Below, piece by piece: positions 1 to 12,455 of a DNA stretch of 64,000 nucleotides (position 1 is the stretch's first letter; the number at the start of each line of letters is the position of its first letter). The stretch is from Octopus bimaculoides. Lineage: Eukaryota. The notes under the pieces were generated by a model. The model was not told where the DNA came from and ran no database searches. It worked only from the letters and a program-made list of their open reading frames with translations. A program made the translations under genes and the position numbers. The stretch covers positions 15,387,199 to 15,451,198 of the forward strand of contig NC_069000.1 in the NCBI RefSeq assembly GCF_001194135.2. The letters are read 5' to 3'.

Positions 1-19
1 GAAAACTATCCGACCTTCC

Positions 20-355
20 GACCAAAGTCGAGCTCGGTAGCATTTGAACTCAGAACATGAAGAGCTGAAAGAAATACCGCGAAGTATTTCTAGCAGGTGC
101 TAATAGTAGCAATAGTAGTGGTGGTAGTAGTAAATATATTGGTTTCAAATTTTGGAACAGAGATAGTACTTTCGGGGGAGGATTAAATCGATTAAATTGA
201 CCCTAGTACTCAACTGGTACATATTTTATCGACTTCGAAAGGACGAAAAGGCAAAGACCAGCTCGATGAAATTTGAACTCTGTATGTTGAGACAAGCGAA
301 ATACTGCTAAACATTTTGCCGGGTGTGCTAATGATTCTGCTAGCTCGCTGCCTTA
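20..355 (-). mobile_element. Two tandem fragments of a tRNA-derived SINE (family 2)
   Basis: Shared motif ...tttatcgac...gaaagga.gaaaggcaaagtcgacctcgg...atttgaactcag, matching the plus-strand copy at 30200-30390. Confidence 0.7.
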
Positions 356-381
356 ATAGCAGTAAATATATTAATGAAAGT

Positions 382-772
382 GGAGGCACAATGGTTCAGT
401 GGTTAGGGCAGCGGACTCGCGGTTATAGGATCGCGGTTTCGATTCCCAGACCGGGCGTTGTGAGTGTTTATTGAGCGAAAACACTTAAAGCTCCACGAGG
501 CTCCGGCAGGGGATGGTGGCGAACCCTGCTGTACTCTTTCACTACAACTTTCTCTCACTCTTACTTCCTTCCTGTTTCTGTTGTGCCTGTAATTCAAAGG
601 GTCATCCTTGTCACACTGTGTCACGCTGAATATCCCCGAGAACTACGTTAAGGGTACACGTGCCTGTAGAGTGCTCAGCCAGTTACACGTTATTTTCACG
701 AGCAGGCTGTTCCGTTGATCGGATCAATTGGAACCCTCGACGTCGAAAGCGACGGAGTGCCAACAACAACAA
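382..772 (+). mobile_element. Full-length tRNA-derived SINE (family 1) with (CAA)n tail and target-site duplication
   Basis: Pol III A box TGGTTCAGTGG and B box GGTTTCGATTCCC; ATATTAATGAAA at 368-379 and 772-783; close copies at 38481 and 62172. Confidence 0.9.
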
Positions 773-1339
773 TATTAATGAAAATTCATTTGTTTTCCTC
801 TTTGTTTTCTTTGTCGTACTCACAAATAAAAATTTAATAGTTTGCTTTGACATTTTCTAATGAGAATTATTAAGAAATGGGTGATCAACTAACCCTATTG
901 TCTATAAAGAGAATAGGATATCCAATTTTCTGGGAAACCTTTTCAGAAACCTAAACTAGAGTGACTCATTGGGTTTGTTCTTTATATGCTTTTTAAAAAA
1001 ATCTTTTCTGAGTGTTCGTGAGAGAACGTATGCTCACGGGGGTGGCAAGCTAACAATATAAACTTCAGTTACGAAATTTAACGCTAAGTTAGCCCTGATC
1101 GCGCAGGCCTGTACTGAAATGGCATTCCAATAATTTCTATTCTGTGCTTTTTTATATCTACTATTACATTACGCCCTTCGGTGGGTTTTAGTTTTTAGTT
1201 CTACTGGGTGTCCAGGTACACCGGATTTGATGCTGACCACCCGACTATGAAATGGGGTGTTACCAGTTAAACTGATGAGTTCCTTATGAATCAACGACGA
1301 CCATCCAGTTGGGGAATGCAATGGCAAACCACTGAATAA

Positions 1340-1900
1340 AAAGTCTTTAATCATTTCACCACTGGAGAAAGTTGGAAGGAGTTCTTTTTGCAATATGGAC
1401 AGATATTTATCTGAGATTTATGTTTCCCTCACACTCCACCAGCTCTGATCGACCATTGCTCCAAATTGCTCCCCAGGCCATCACAGAATAGCTACCATGT
1501 TTCATTGTTGGCTGCAATCTTTTCACATCAAATTCTTGATCACAGTCTCCAGACCCACACTCGACCACTGTCAGGAAATACAATAAATCTGAACTCAACA
1601 GAGAATATGACAGTGTCCCAAAATGCTAGTTGCCTCTCCACCATCTCACTGGCCCGATCTTTTCTCAGCTTGATGTTGGCTGGTTGAAGAAATGGCTTCC
1701 TTCTTGCTGCTCCGTCATAGTAACCAAGTTTGAAGAGATATCAGACAACTGTCCTGGGACTGACATCAACTTGTTCTTCTATGTCAGAGGCCTTGCAACG
1801 AGAATTATCCCCCACACTTCTCTTAACAAAGAGATGGGTCCTGGTTGATCTGGGCGAAGTGATGTGGACTCCTTCTCTCTGGTGAATTGCACACTGCAGA
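1340..1900 (-). mobile_element. Decayed Tc1/mariner transposase fragment
   Basis: Manual translation: VSPRTVV*YLFKLGY...ARRKPFLQP...[12 protein letters not shown]...GRVWVWR / [25 protein letters not shown]. These are Tc1 motifs (RKKP, FSDE, KHGGGSVMVWG) with a stop, frameshifts and the first catalytic Asp lost. Confidence 0.88.
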
Positions 1901-2864
1901 AAGCAGGATCCCAAAGTTTTCTGCGATTTTACGTCATGTCGACCTTTAGAAATTACTCACTATACGGCCTCTTTGAAATTCAGACAGTTCCAAGGCTTTT
2001 TTTTTTTTTTTTGTACATGGCATGATTAAACAGTCACATATAGAACCTGAAACATCAAAATGTCAACTAATAAACAATATAAACCTTTACACGTTAGAAT
2101 TAACATAAAACGATCTTTTATGGGGTATCTCTTTACTTGTGTGTGTGTGTGTGTGTGTGTGTGTACACACACACACACATATATGGAAAGAAAGAGAGAG
2201 AAAGAGAGTAAACGTAGTATAACCGAAAGGTTTAGTTAGTTTACTTCACACTCATGAGATCCCAGGTTCGATTCCGCTTCCGGGCACCTGAGGCAAGTCA
2301 TTTACTATAGCCTCGGGTCGACGCAAACCTTACGAGTGATATTATAGAAGCTCGTCAGATGGATTTTATTTCTCTGATTGAAAAAACGTTATAGGCTTGT
2401 GACGCACTGATTCTGCCCGAGAATTACGTTCGTTAACGGTATCTGCATCTGCGGAATGTTCAACCACTTACACATTAACACAAGTGCAGGTAATTTAGTT
2501 GATTGAACAATGGGTTTTCGTCAGTTTCGAAAAGGATTGTTCTAATTGTTCATTCATCGGAACCACCTATTCATTGAATCAGCGTGAAAAACGGCCAAGT
2601 TTTCTCATAGAAATGTGTACTTTTGATATAACTCTGAGAGAATGAACAGTCACATGACAGCGTTGATTCGTCCCCTTTGAATTGCAGGTCTGATGGGCTT
2701 CCGAACAGTTTCTGTGTACCCAATTTTCTCTCGCAAGGATTGCATTCATCCAATGGTATGTTAACCATACTTGCATCCATGCGTTGTTTAGCCCCCAGGA
2801 TCGACTCTAAGCAAATGTCTTAACCATACAGCCAACATTTATCTTATACTATGCATCTTTCCTT

Positions 2865-3225
2865 TCATCTTTTATTTGTTGCAGTCATTAGACTGTGGCC
2901 ATGCTGGGGCACCACCTTGAAGAATTTTTAATTGAATGAATTGATATCAGCACATATTTCTTTTTAAAGCCTGGTACTTATTCTATTGGTTATTTTAACG
3001 AACCGCTAAGTTATGGGGTATGTAAACACAACACAGGTTGTTAAGAGGTGGTGGAGGACAAACACACACACACATCTGTCTATATACATGGCTGTCTACT
3101 AAATCCACTCACAAGGCCTTGGTTGGCTTCAGGCTATAGAAGACACTTGCCCAAGGTGCTACACAATGGACTGGACCGAAAGCCATGTGATTAAGTGACA
3201 AGTTTCTTACCACCCAGCCACGTCT
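2865..3225 (-). mobile_element. CORE-like tRNA SINE with internal microsatellite (family 3)
   Basis: Contains ccttgggcaagtgtcttct (MIR/CORE-like), an internal (CA/TA)n and a conserved 3' part ending ...gactgaaacaagtaaaaga; many copies in the window. Confidence 0.75.
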
Positions 3226-3452
3226 GACTTTTTCACTATAAAATATTTGTGTCCTACTGAATAGCTTTCATAATGCAATTATAAATTTTATCAGATGGAC
3301 TGTGAAGTTTTCCGCATGAATTTTGTGAAACATCAGAATTTCTGAAAGCAGTTCTGCATCACTGTACCTGAACATTCTATGCCATGTTGCCACAAAGTCT
3401 AAAGTAGCCAGATTTTAGTTGCGATTTTTTTCCCTTCTTTGGACTTTCCTAT

Positions 3453-3487
3453 ATTTCCGACGAAGAGCTCCGCTCGAAACGTCAAAT
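3453..3487 (+). ncRNA. Minimal type I hammerhead-ribozyme-like motif (Penelope-like element remnant)
   Basis: ATTT-CCGACGA-A-GAGC(TCC)GCTC-GAAA-CGTC-AAAT: stem I, variant core, stem II, GAAA, palindromic ACGT stem III and a GUC triplet. Confidence 0.5.
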
Positions 3488-3769
3488 TCTCTTTCTTTCC
3501 TGAGCGTCCAGTAACACAATCTGTATCACGTTGTTTTTTTATCTTTTTCCTTTTTTGAACCTATATATATATATATATATATATATATACTCTATTGGTT
3601 AGTTCAGTAATAGTAGATTCAATGTACAAGCCAATGAGGATCTTCTGTAACTGATAATCGAGTAGGGAAGAAATAGCAACCAACTTTCACCCTATAGGTA
3701 TACAATACAATACTTACAATTGACAATCCCTGTAACTCCTTGGTGGGGGTCATTGGGGTGCTGCAGCCA

Positions 3770-4087
3770 TGCAGCGTATTTTTGGTGAGAAAGTCTGGCG
3801 GAGCCCATCCCTCTCCGGACTCATTTATCGTTGCGGGTGGCANNNNNNNNNNTCCCTCTCCGGACTCATTTATCGTTGCGGGTGGCACATAAAATACACC
3901 ATTTTGAGCGTGGCCATTGCCAGTATCGCCTGACTGGCCTTCATGCCGGTGACACGTTAAAGCACCCACTACACTCTCAGAGTGGTTGGCGTTAGGAAGG
4001 GCATCCAGCTGTAGCCATCGGGTTTCACCAGTCCTCAGTCAAATCGTCCAACCCATGCTAGCGTGGAGAGCGGACGTTAAATGATGA
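3770..4087 (+). mobile_element. 3' end of an RTE-type LINE or RTE-tailed element with (GAT)n tail
   Basis: ggttggcgttaggaagggcatccagctgtag...catgctagc.tggaaagcggacgttaaa.gatga. Copies at about 16975-17090, 23081-23260, 26018-26320, 27945-28090, 43850-43950, 44090-44225, 45347-45398 and 49133-49233. The RTE assignment is from recalled similarity to RTE 3' UTRs. Confidence 0.65.
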
Positions 4088-7000
4088 GTGGACAGGAGTA
4101 ACATGAAATGAAGTGTTTTGCTGTAGAACACAACATATTGCCTGGTCCAGGGATTGAAACCATAATCTTACGATCATGTGTCCAATACCCTAACCACTAA
4201 GCCATGCACTTCAACACTTGAAACAAAAATATAATAAAGGAACAGCAAAGAAGCAAAATGGTTTTTAAAAATGAGACTTTATTTAGTCTGTTATTTTTTT
4301 TTTTTATTATGACAAAAAAAATGATAATAAATACACAGCAGCTATTTATCAGAGACACTGAAAACATAACCGAACATTATGTCTTGCTTATCTCATCTGA
4401 AAAAATGTGCTAGCGGTCAGTTGAATTACAATACAGAAGTGTGTCTGAAAATTTGTCAGTAGTCAAGAAAATGGCTGAAGAGTGATGATGAGCGAGTTGG
4501 TGATAATGATGTGATTGGCAATAGTGAAAGACGACAAGATATTCTATGTATTCAGCATAAAAAAAAAAAAGAGAAGTTGATAAGTGCATGAAGTGGAAAC
4601 AGGAAGATACAATGATAACAGTGATTGAGGATAAGACATGGATGTAATATTTTCATATTTTGGGGAAAAACGGTGGATGTGAGTTAAATTTCAGCTCAAG
4701 CGAACTTCGTTGATAAGCTACATGCATGTATGTAAACCAATGAGTGTGTGTATATATATATTAAACTGTTACAGGAAGCGGAGTGATAGTTTTGGCTAGC
4801 TTTTTTCATCAGACAATATTATACTTGGGTTCCAAAAGCTAGCAGGCGGAAACTTTGGAATCACTATCCTCCTTCTTTTAAAAATTTTATAAACACGTTC
4901 TCTTCTAAAAAGTACTGAATAATTCTTCAGTTTAATGTTAAATTGTTTCCATATTACAACTCGACATAAAAAAAAAAACTCCTACATTATATATACACAC
5001 ACACACACTAACATGCACGTATAGCTGATGTCTCTCTAATCTAAACTACATAAAGCAAACTGAACAAGAAGCTGAATTAATAGTCATTATATCAACAAGA
5101 GGACGGCATGAAGTTGTGATCAGTAACTATATATATACATATATATATATATAGATAGATCTTGTGATCAGATATAAGATGAAAGGAAACAGAGGGAGTC
5201 GTTTGAAGTTTAGACAGTAAAGATAAAGTTTGTGTCTTGTTCTTCCTTCATCGAAGTAGTGTAGGTGTATATAGACCAATATAAAAGTTAAAATGCTTGA
5301 TTAGAAAAGAGCAGGGGGGGGGGAATGTTGGAACTATGAAAATGATATGGAATGGATCGGTTTACATTTGTTTTGTTTTTGTTTTGGAAAAAGAAAAAAA
5401 CTTTTTCCTTTTTATAAAATTGCGAACAGTAAAAATGTTAGTTTGATGAAGTTTTTTTTGATAGAGAAATTATTACTACATAGAGATGGTCAAGAAACAA
5501 GTTTTGTTTTGTTTATTTTTTTTGTATAAATATCAAAACTGGACACTGTTTTCTTTTCAGAATGGTAAACATTTTTGGAAACAGATAAAGTTAAAAAAAA
5601 AAATTGTTAAAAGGTCCACTTTTTAAAATAAATTTTCATTGAATGCCTTTTCTCATGCCAAGTTATTTAAAATTTACCAAACAATACATATGTAGCAGTC
5701 ATAATAACTGACTAGCTTATTGTGTTTTTAAATGTTAAATAAACAATTATTATTCAAATGTATGAATATATAAAAAAAATGATTCAGGAATTTCACATTA
5801 ATATGTAAAAAGCAAAACGAAACTGGTTTGGTAAAAAATAACAATTCAATTTGCCATCTATAGTTACTGTGAGCCCACAAGGAAGAGGGAGAGGAGTACC
5901 ACATACCAAAATGCTTTTTAAACTTTCAGCAATTCCTTATAGACAATAAACATGCAATAATAATACTAATGATTTCAAAGTTTGGCACAAGGCCAGGGGG
6001 AGAGAGAGCAAGTTGATTACATTGACCCCTAGTGTGCAACTGGTGCTTATTTTATTAACTCTGAAAGGCAAAGTCAACCTGGGCAGAATGTAAAGTCGGA
6101 AGAAATGCTGCAAAGCAATTTTCCTGACACGCTAATAATTCTGCCAGCTCACCACCTTAATAATAGTAATAATAATAATAATAATAGTAAAGTGTGACAA
6201 ATAATTGTCAACAAGGCAAGAAATTGGTTTAAACAATGGTTTTACTGAGTTTTAGGCACACCGTAAATCTGGGCGGATTATATATTCTAAATATACCTTT
6301 AAGACAACATACCATCCATTAGAAAATTTAGGCATTTGCGAAATGTTAATATTAACATATTGGCGAAATATTCTATTATTAAAAGAAAGGTCACATGGTT
6401 TAAAATTTAGTGAAATTGGACGCTTCAAGTTTTTTTGTTTTTAGGTAATTGTCTATTTTCTTTAGCTTATTATTATTATTTCCTTCTTAGTCATCATTAA
6501 TAAATCTTTAAATTATTGAAAAAACAAAATATCCCATAAGAATATAAATAATATTCAGGTCTCAGGGACCATTGTGGCAGAGAGTACAGTATTATAATAA
6601 CAGCCCTATTAAACAATTATCTTGGCAAGACACAATAGTTATGTATGTGTGTATGTATATATATATATTTTCTCACACACTCGTCTCTACACATGAATAC
6701 ATATTCACATGCAGCTTAATGTACATACCTATATGCATATATATATCTGCATATCAAACTGCATGTGTATACACACACACATATACATATGTACTCATCT
6801 CTCTCTGTCATATATATAAATGCATATAAATATATATACACACACACACACACAGGTACCTATACATATAAATATATGTATACAAATATATGGACATGCA
6901 TCTATACACACACACAAACAAACACAGAGAGAGACTGGGGAGGGGAAGAGAAAGTGTTCTTGCTATGAGACAGTCCCCATAACAGATGTGTATCATCTAC

Positions 7001-9528
7001 TTGGCTTTGGCTCCAAAAGGACGTGAGAAAGTAGGGCTAAAACGTGAAATAATGTCATTGCAAACGGATGGAGGATGGAAAGTAGCCAGAAACATATAAT
7101 GTGCTAAATATTTCAAGTCTGAAAAGGCTATTTATACTTATCGAAAGAAATGTAATTTTTTTTCCCACATTTAACTGAAACTTTAGATATTATATATACA
7201 TATATATATATAGTAACCAATAATTGACTACAAATATTGAATCAAAGATAAAGACAAGATTTTTGTTATTGTTGATGACAAGGCCACATATTAATTATCG
7301 TTAAGTGGAAGAGATCAAAAATAGTGAAAGAATGAAAACAATACCAATCATTATATACATGTACATATATAGTATTTTTTGGCATACAAGTCAAATATTT
7401 TAGGCGTTCAGTAACCCTGCGTGGCACCTTGGGCAAGTGTCTTTTGATGTTTTTATTGTTCTTTTTGATATTATTATTATTATTATTCAGGTTACTGCTT
7501 GGAATTGAACTTGGAATCAGTAGCCCATGCTCTTAACCATGTTAACAACAAACAAGATGAGGACAAATATTCGTCAAATATAAATAGTGACCAGGTTTGA
7601 ATGTTTACACTATATACTACATTGACTTGAATATCAGGAAATACAGTATGCATGTATGTCTGTATCAATAACGTTTGTATAGTATTATATAACTGCATTG
7701 TGTTTTTGTCTTTCATGTAATGGTTTTTAGATTTAAATAGTTTAAAATATTCTTCTTACTGCTCCAGACATAAATTGGCAGTTTTTATGAACTGAATTTT
7801 AAAACTAAAATAATCTTTCAATTTAGTATAGAAGGATACAACTCAGTTAACTAACTCAAGAAATATAATGAGTTCAGCAATTCAGAAGCTGAAATATTGA
7901 GTAATAATCCAATTTTCTTAGGTTTATTCCAAAGTATATATATTTATAAAATTCATTAAATTAAGTTAAAAATGAAACATGTGATATATGGGGAATGGAA
8001 TAATTAAAAATTGCGAATTCTATTTTAACTGCTCTTTTTTCTTTTTCTTCATGTTATGTATGTGTATGTATGTAATAAGATACACTTATAAATATATTTA
8101 ATAAACTCTCAAGCATGTCTGTATAAAAAAAAAAAAAAAAAAAAGACACGTTTTTGAAAACCCACGTGTCTAGTTGGCAAGAGCATTTGAGAAAGTATGC
8201 CTCTTAAGGTACATACTCCAAACACGCACTTTCAAATACATATTTACTTTCAAGTATAAAAAAACAGAAAGTATACAAGTAGGAAACAATACAGAGTGAA
8301 AGGGTCTATTGTCTTTTTTTAATGTTCTGTTAAAAAGCTCAAAAGTAAATGTACCCCCATTAACCTAGTTTAACAGAATAGACAAGTGAGAAAATCAAAA
8401 AAATTTTTGTAGGTTAACATTGAAATGCTTATAGAATCAAACGTATTGTTAGGTTGCTGAACTTAACAATGGCCGATCGCTAAACAAGGCTAAAATAATG
8501 GCCATGGGAAGACTTAAACAAGGAAGTATAAAGAAATATTATAATAAAAATTATGTATATTTCAAGTGTGTGTGTGTGAGGAGGGTTAATATTTGAATAG
8601 AAATGAAAATCTAGGTTTTGAGAATAAATCTATTCATCTGTCTCTATATATATATACATACATATTCAAAATAAATATATGGTTCCTTTGAGCATTGTAT
8701 TTTAAGTAACGAGATGAGATACAAATGATGGTACCTAAACTGAGAGAGATTTTCTCTCTCCCTCTTGAACACATTTTCTTTCTCTCTCATTCACTCAAGG
8801 CATTCATAGACTATTTTATAGCTATGACATTAGTAAAGCTAATGGTGTAAAAAAAAAAACAAAAACAAAACAAAAATGCCATATAACTGAGACATGCGGA
8901 TTAACAATAGGAATCAGAAGTTTAGTTAGGTGGTAAGACTTCATTAATTTTGCTTGGGTGGTTAAAAAAAAAAAAAAAAAAAGCTGAAATTTTAAATGGT
9001 GGGTAGGAGAATTTTTTCTGGTGGATTGAGTTAGAGTGGGACTTAAAATCAAAATGTCATCATTGTTATTGTAATTATTTACAATTAATTAATAATTATT
9101 CATTACAGTAAGAACAATGAACTGAGAAAGCATTTTAAATTTCAAATAGTTCATCACAAAAATTTGTGGTTTAGGCTGGATGGATGAGGAAAATGGATGG
9201 ATTCAAAGATTTTAAACAAGTGAAGATAATCTTTGGATTATAGTTAGTATGTATGGCTCTTACAAGAATGATGGTCAGTTGATAGTCATGATATGGCAGA
9301 GCAGGCAAAGAATAAATGAGTGGAAGGTACATTGTGTGTTTGTTTGTTTTTAAGACTAGAATAATGAAGGAATTTGTAAAAAGTATAAAAGAGGAAATGA
9401 GTAAGAGAAATGAGAAAGATAAAGATGTAGAAGATGAAATGAGATGAAGAGAAATTGTCATTTTGATGGTGGAAGGAAAAGACTTTTGTCAGTTTTTGTA
9501 ATTTTTTTTTTTTTTTTAATATTTTGTT

Positions 9529-10700
9529 TTACATTTTCTGACAAATTTCCAAAGCTCTGTGGCGAACCTGTGAGGAATCAAGGAGATCATATTCAAGGTT
9601 GAAGTAAGTAGATGGCTTCTGTTCAAATGTCATAACAACTGAAGATCCCCGGCAGAAATCTGCAATGTCTGAAGGCCTCTCCTCATCAAGTTCAGACAGA
9701 GGTGTACCGTTTGGAGAATGATTCCCAGAACGTTTTTGCAGCAAGTGATGTTGTTCTCCTTCACAACTATCATAGGAAAAATCAAGTATGTCACCTGAAG
9801 AATTTGAACTAACACTGCCAATACTGAGCCTCTTCCGAGCATCACTGCTCATTGAAGTATAACCATTATGGAGACAAAGTCCAGATTTTTTCAGAATGCC
9901 ACGCCGTCGGACACAATCAGTTCGAACAGAGTTGACCACTGTTGATCCTGTGTTATAATCCACATGACTATAACTACTTTCTTTTATTGTTAAAAAGCTA
10001 TCGGCATCACTATTGGCAGGAATGTCAGAGTTTGGTTCTGTTTTGTCAGACAACATAGAGCCTATAGTTGGGGGACTACTGCTACAGTTTAAACTGAGGC
10101 TGTTGGTGGGAGGGGAACTGTGTTTTGGCAAGCTTTTTTGGAATGATGAGCATGTATTATTAAATCCATTGCTGTTGGGATTACTGTTTTCCTTACATGA
10201 GCCTTCTATCACACTGTAGCTGGTTGTACTTTTATCTTCTCTCATACAGCTACCTGTTTGCTTTAGAATACTCCGGACAGGCTTTTGATCCAGATTAACA
10301 CGTTGGTAAAATTCACTGGAAGCACCATTGCCACTGACAGAAACATTTTGTCGATGAGTATGTCTAGGAGAATGATATTTTATATCAGGGATAACTGTAC
10401 TGTCCAATGTTGACAATTTGTCTCCATCATGCTGCTCTTGTCTTTGTCTTGACAAAGTTTTACTGGGAAAGTTCCCTCTTCTTCGCAGTTCATTTATATC
10501 AATTTCACCATCACTATCAGAAGATAAGCTAGATCGGTCACAGATATGAATTGGAGCCTGTAACCAGGGTCCAGGATATGGTTCATTGTTAGGTGTGAAG
10601 TTGTATCCCATGTTGACCCACCAATGATGGACAACTTTCTCCACATTGGCTCTCCTCTCAGGATTCACAGTGAGTAGATGTCGTATAAGGCCCGCAGCTT
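9529..10700 (-). CDS. NUAK: NUAK kinase terminal coding exon 7 (EAAGLIRHLLTVNPERRA...HWWVN, then Ser-rich tail to ALEICQKM*), 1172 nt
   Basis: Part of the 413-aa ORF. Pyrimidine-rich CAG acceptor at 10703-10701 restores the frame from exon 6; HWWVN ends the kinase domain; SILK/GILK motifs; TAA at 9531-9529. Confidence 0.95.
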
Positions 10701-10904
10701 CTGGAAAGAAGAGAAAATGTAGTAAGAATGTAACAAAGACAAAAGCATTTATCAAATAATTCAATTTCATTATTTAAAGACACAACACGTGAAACATGTG
10801 CTCATAAAACTTCTGATCAAGATCATTCTATTTTTAAGGTGTTTCCAGAATTTGTTAAATGTTGTATATAGATGCTTTACATTCCATTTCACTCTACTGA
10901 TCAG

Positions 10905-11155
10905 ACTATCAAATGTGATAAACTGCTGGCTGTAAGGTGTCTCCTCACACTGTTGCAGCCTTCTAATGATGTCATCCTGAGGGTAGGCAGGCAGGTAGGC
11001 TAACATTCCCCCCTGAAAGTAATACCAGTCTGTCATAGGGTTACTCGTAAAATAAAGTGTTTAGCTCAAGAACAAAATGCACTGCTCAATCTGGGAGCGG
11101 AAATCACAATCATAAGATTGTGAAGGCAACGCCCTAGCCACTAAACCATGCACCT
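10905..11155 (-). mobile_element. Old tRNA-derived SINE (family 4). Related copies at about 4088-4215, 24425-24695 and 39060-39318.
   Basis: Shared gctcaagaacacaatgc...ggaatc.aaacc...ccctagccactaa.ccatgcacct, the reverse complement of a tRNA-like head plus CORE-like segment. Confidence 0.65.
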
Positions 11156-11305
11156 GCAGTACATTCCAGATATTGAACATCAAATTAATAAGCATTAAGA
11201 AAGAATGCTTATTAAAGTGCAAATTGTTGGAAAGTGGAAAATGATGTGGTTTGGTCACGTAACATAACTCCATGACACCATACTTCTAGTCCAATGATGA
11301 TATAT

Positions 11306-11534
11306 TTAACCCTTTAGCATTCAGATTACTTTGTCAAATACAATGTATATTTATTTTCACTGTTTTGAATTAATGAGGTATTATCTTGTAGCTTAAAGAT
11401 TTAAAATGATGTGATTGTATATTTTTAGAATGACATTGTGGGATAGGTGTGAGATGCTGGATCTAATCAGTTTGAACATAAAACAAGTAGAATATTTGGG
11501 CCAGATATGACCAATTTGAATATTAAAGAGTCAA
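11306..11534 (+). mobile_element. About 225-bp MITE with TTAA-CCCTTTAGCATTCA terminal inverted repeats (piggyBac-like target site), in intron 6
   Basis: TIR-like ends, TTAA/TCAA flanks and no coding capacity; four copies in the window. Confidence 0.8.
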
Positions 11535-12044
11535 GGGAAACCAGGTGGTTGTTTGACCTGCAAAAAATAGAAGAGAATTTCCCACCTGCCATTTTACAAT
11601 ATAAAGAACACACTGGACAATATAGTCCACAATGTATGAAAAGATGGGATGGTCAAGACTGGAATGACTTTGTTCACAGGCCTACTTAGAGATGACAACC
11701 TTGAATGAATGTGTTATAAGACCACAAGAAGTGGCGGTGGAGCAACATCGAAGAATGGATAGAAAATACAAGTTTGGCTGATGATCAAAAAAGATTGAAG
11801 TGAAATTTACTGTTTCCTTGATATCACATTATGGTGAACAACATCACCATTAGTTGCAAGTTTTCCATGAGCCAATCATTGATTCACAGCTCAAACTGGA
11901 ACTATTCAAGATTATTAACTGCATTGAATTCAACAGTCTTAGAGAAAACCTGCATAGGTCATGGAAACAGCTCTTTCCTCCTGATCATGAATTACCAAAC
12001 ATTTCCAAAATCTACTGTGATATTGTTTCTTTTAATTTACTTAC

Positions 12045-12177
12045 CAGAAGACTTTGTAGGTTCATAATAATCTCCAGTGGATATCTGCTTCCTTAGCACC
12101 TTGAAATCATTGCCATCAAATGGCATGGCGCCATAGACCAATGTATACAAAAGCACCCCTAAACTCCAACAATCAAC
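12045..12177 (-). CDS. NUAK: NUAK kinase exon 6 ([44 protein letters not shown]), 133 nt
   Basis: alphaF motif [15 protein letters not shown].MPFDG typical of NUAK; CAG acceptor, donor G|GTAAGT. Confidence 0.97.
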
Positions 12178-12455
12178 CTGTAAAGCAAAAAATGCAGAAA
12201 TTGTCAGGAATTATCTTATTCTTCAAAAAGGTTTAGAATGCAACAAAAGCAAATCTAAAAGAACTGATCCGAGGTATCTTCATCTCTCCCTCCCACAACA
12301 AGGCCATCACCTCCATATTGCCATAGTATAGCAAACATTCAAGACTATATTCTATTACATCACCTCTAACTTATGTCAACTGATCTCCATGATAAAATAC
12401 ATAGATGAAAAAGATTTTTAAAAAATGTTCTAGGAATTCATGAATAAAACCTTAC

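Noticed and set aside
382-460. tRNA gene
   Set aside because: Only A/B boxes are present, without a closing acceptor stem; the sequence continues into a repeated SINE body with tail and TSD.
1269-1300. Hammerhead core CTGATGAG
   Set aside because: Stem II is incomplete and there is no following GAAA; the upstream GAAA does not give a valid stem III/UH arrangement.
3808-3888. Direct repeat TCCCTCTCCGGACTCATTTATCGTTGCGGGTGGCA flanking a 10-N gap
   Set aside because: Typical unmerged contig overlap.
5000-9528. NUAK 3' UTR end and polyA site
   Set aside because: Many AATAAA-like hexamers occur in AT-rich DNA; none can be chosen without transcript data.
10701-10770. N-terminal part of the 413-aa ORF (MKLNYLINAF...)
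   Set aside because: Intronic polypyrimidine tract read in frame; the exon starts at 10700.
11540-11810. Possible RTE remnant in intron 6 (KKWRWSNIEEWIENTSL)
   Set aside because: Resemblance is limited to one short motif among many stops; too weak to call.
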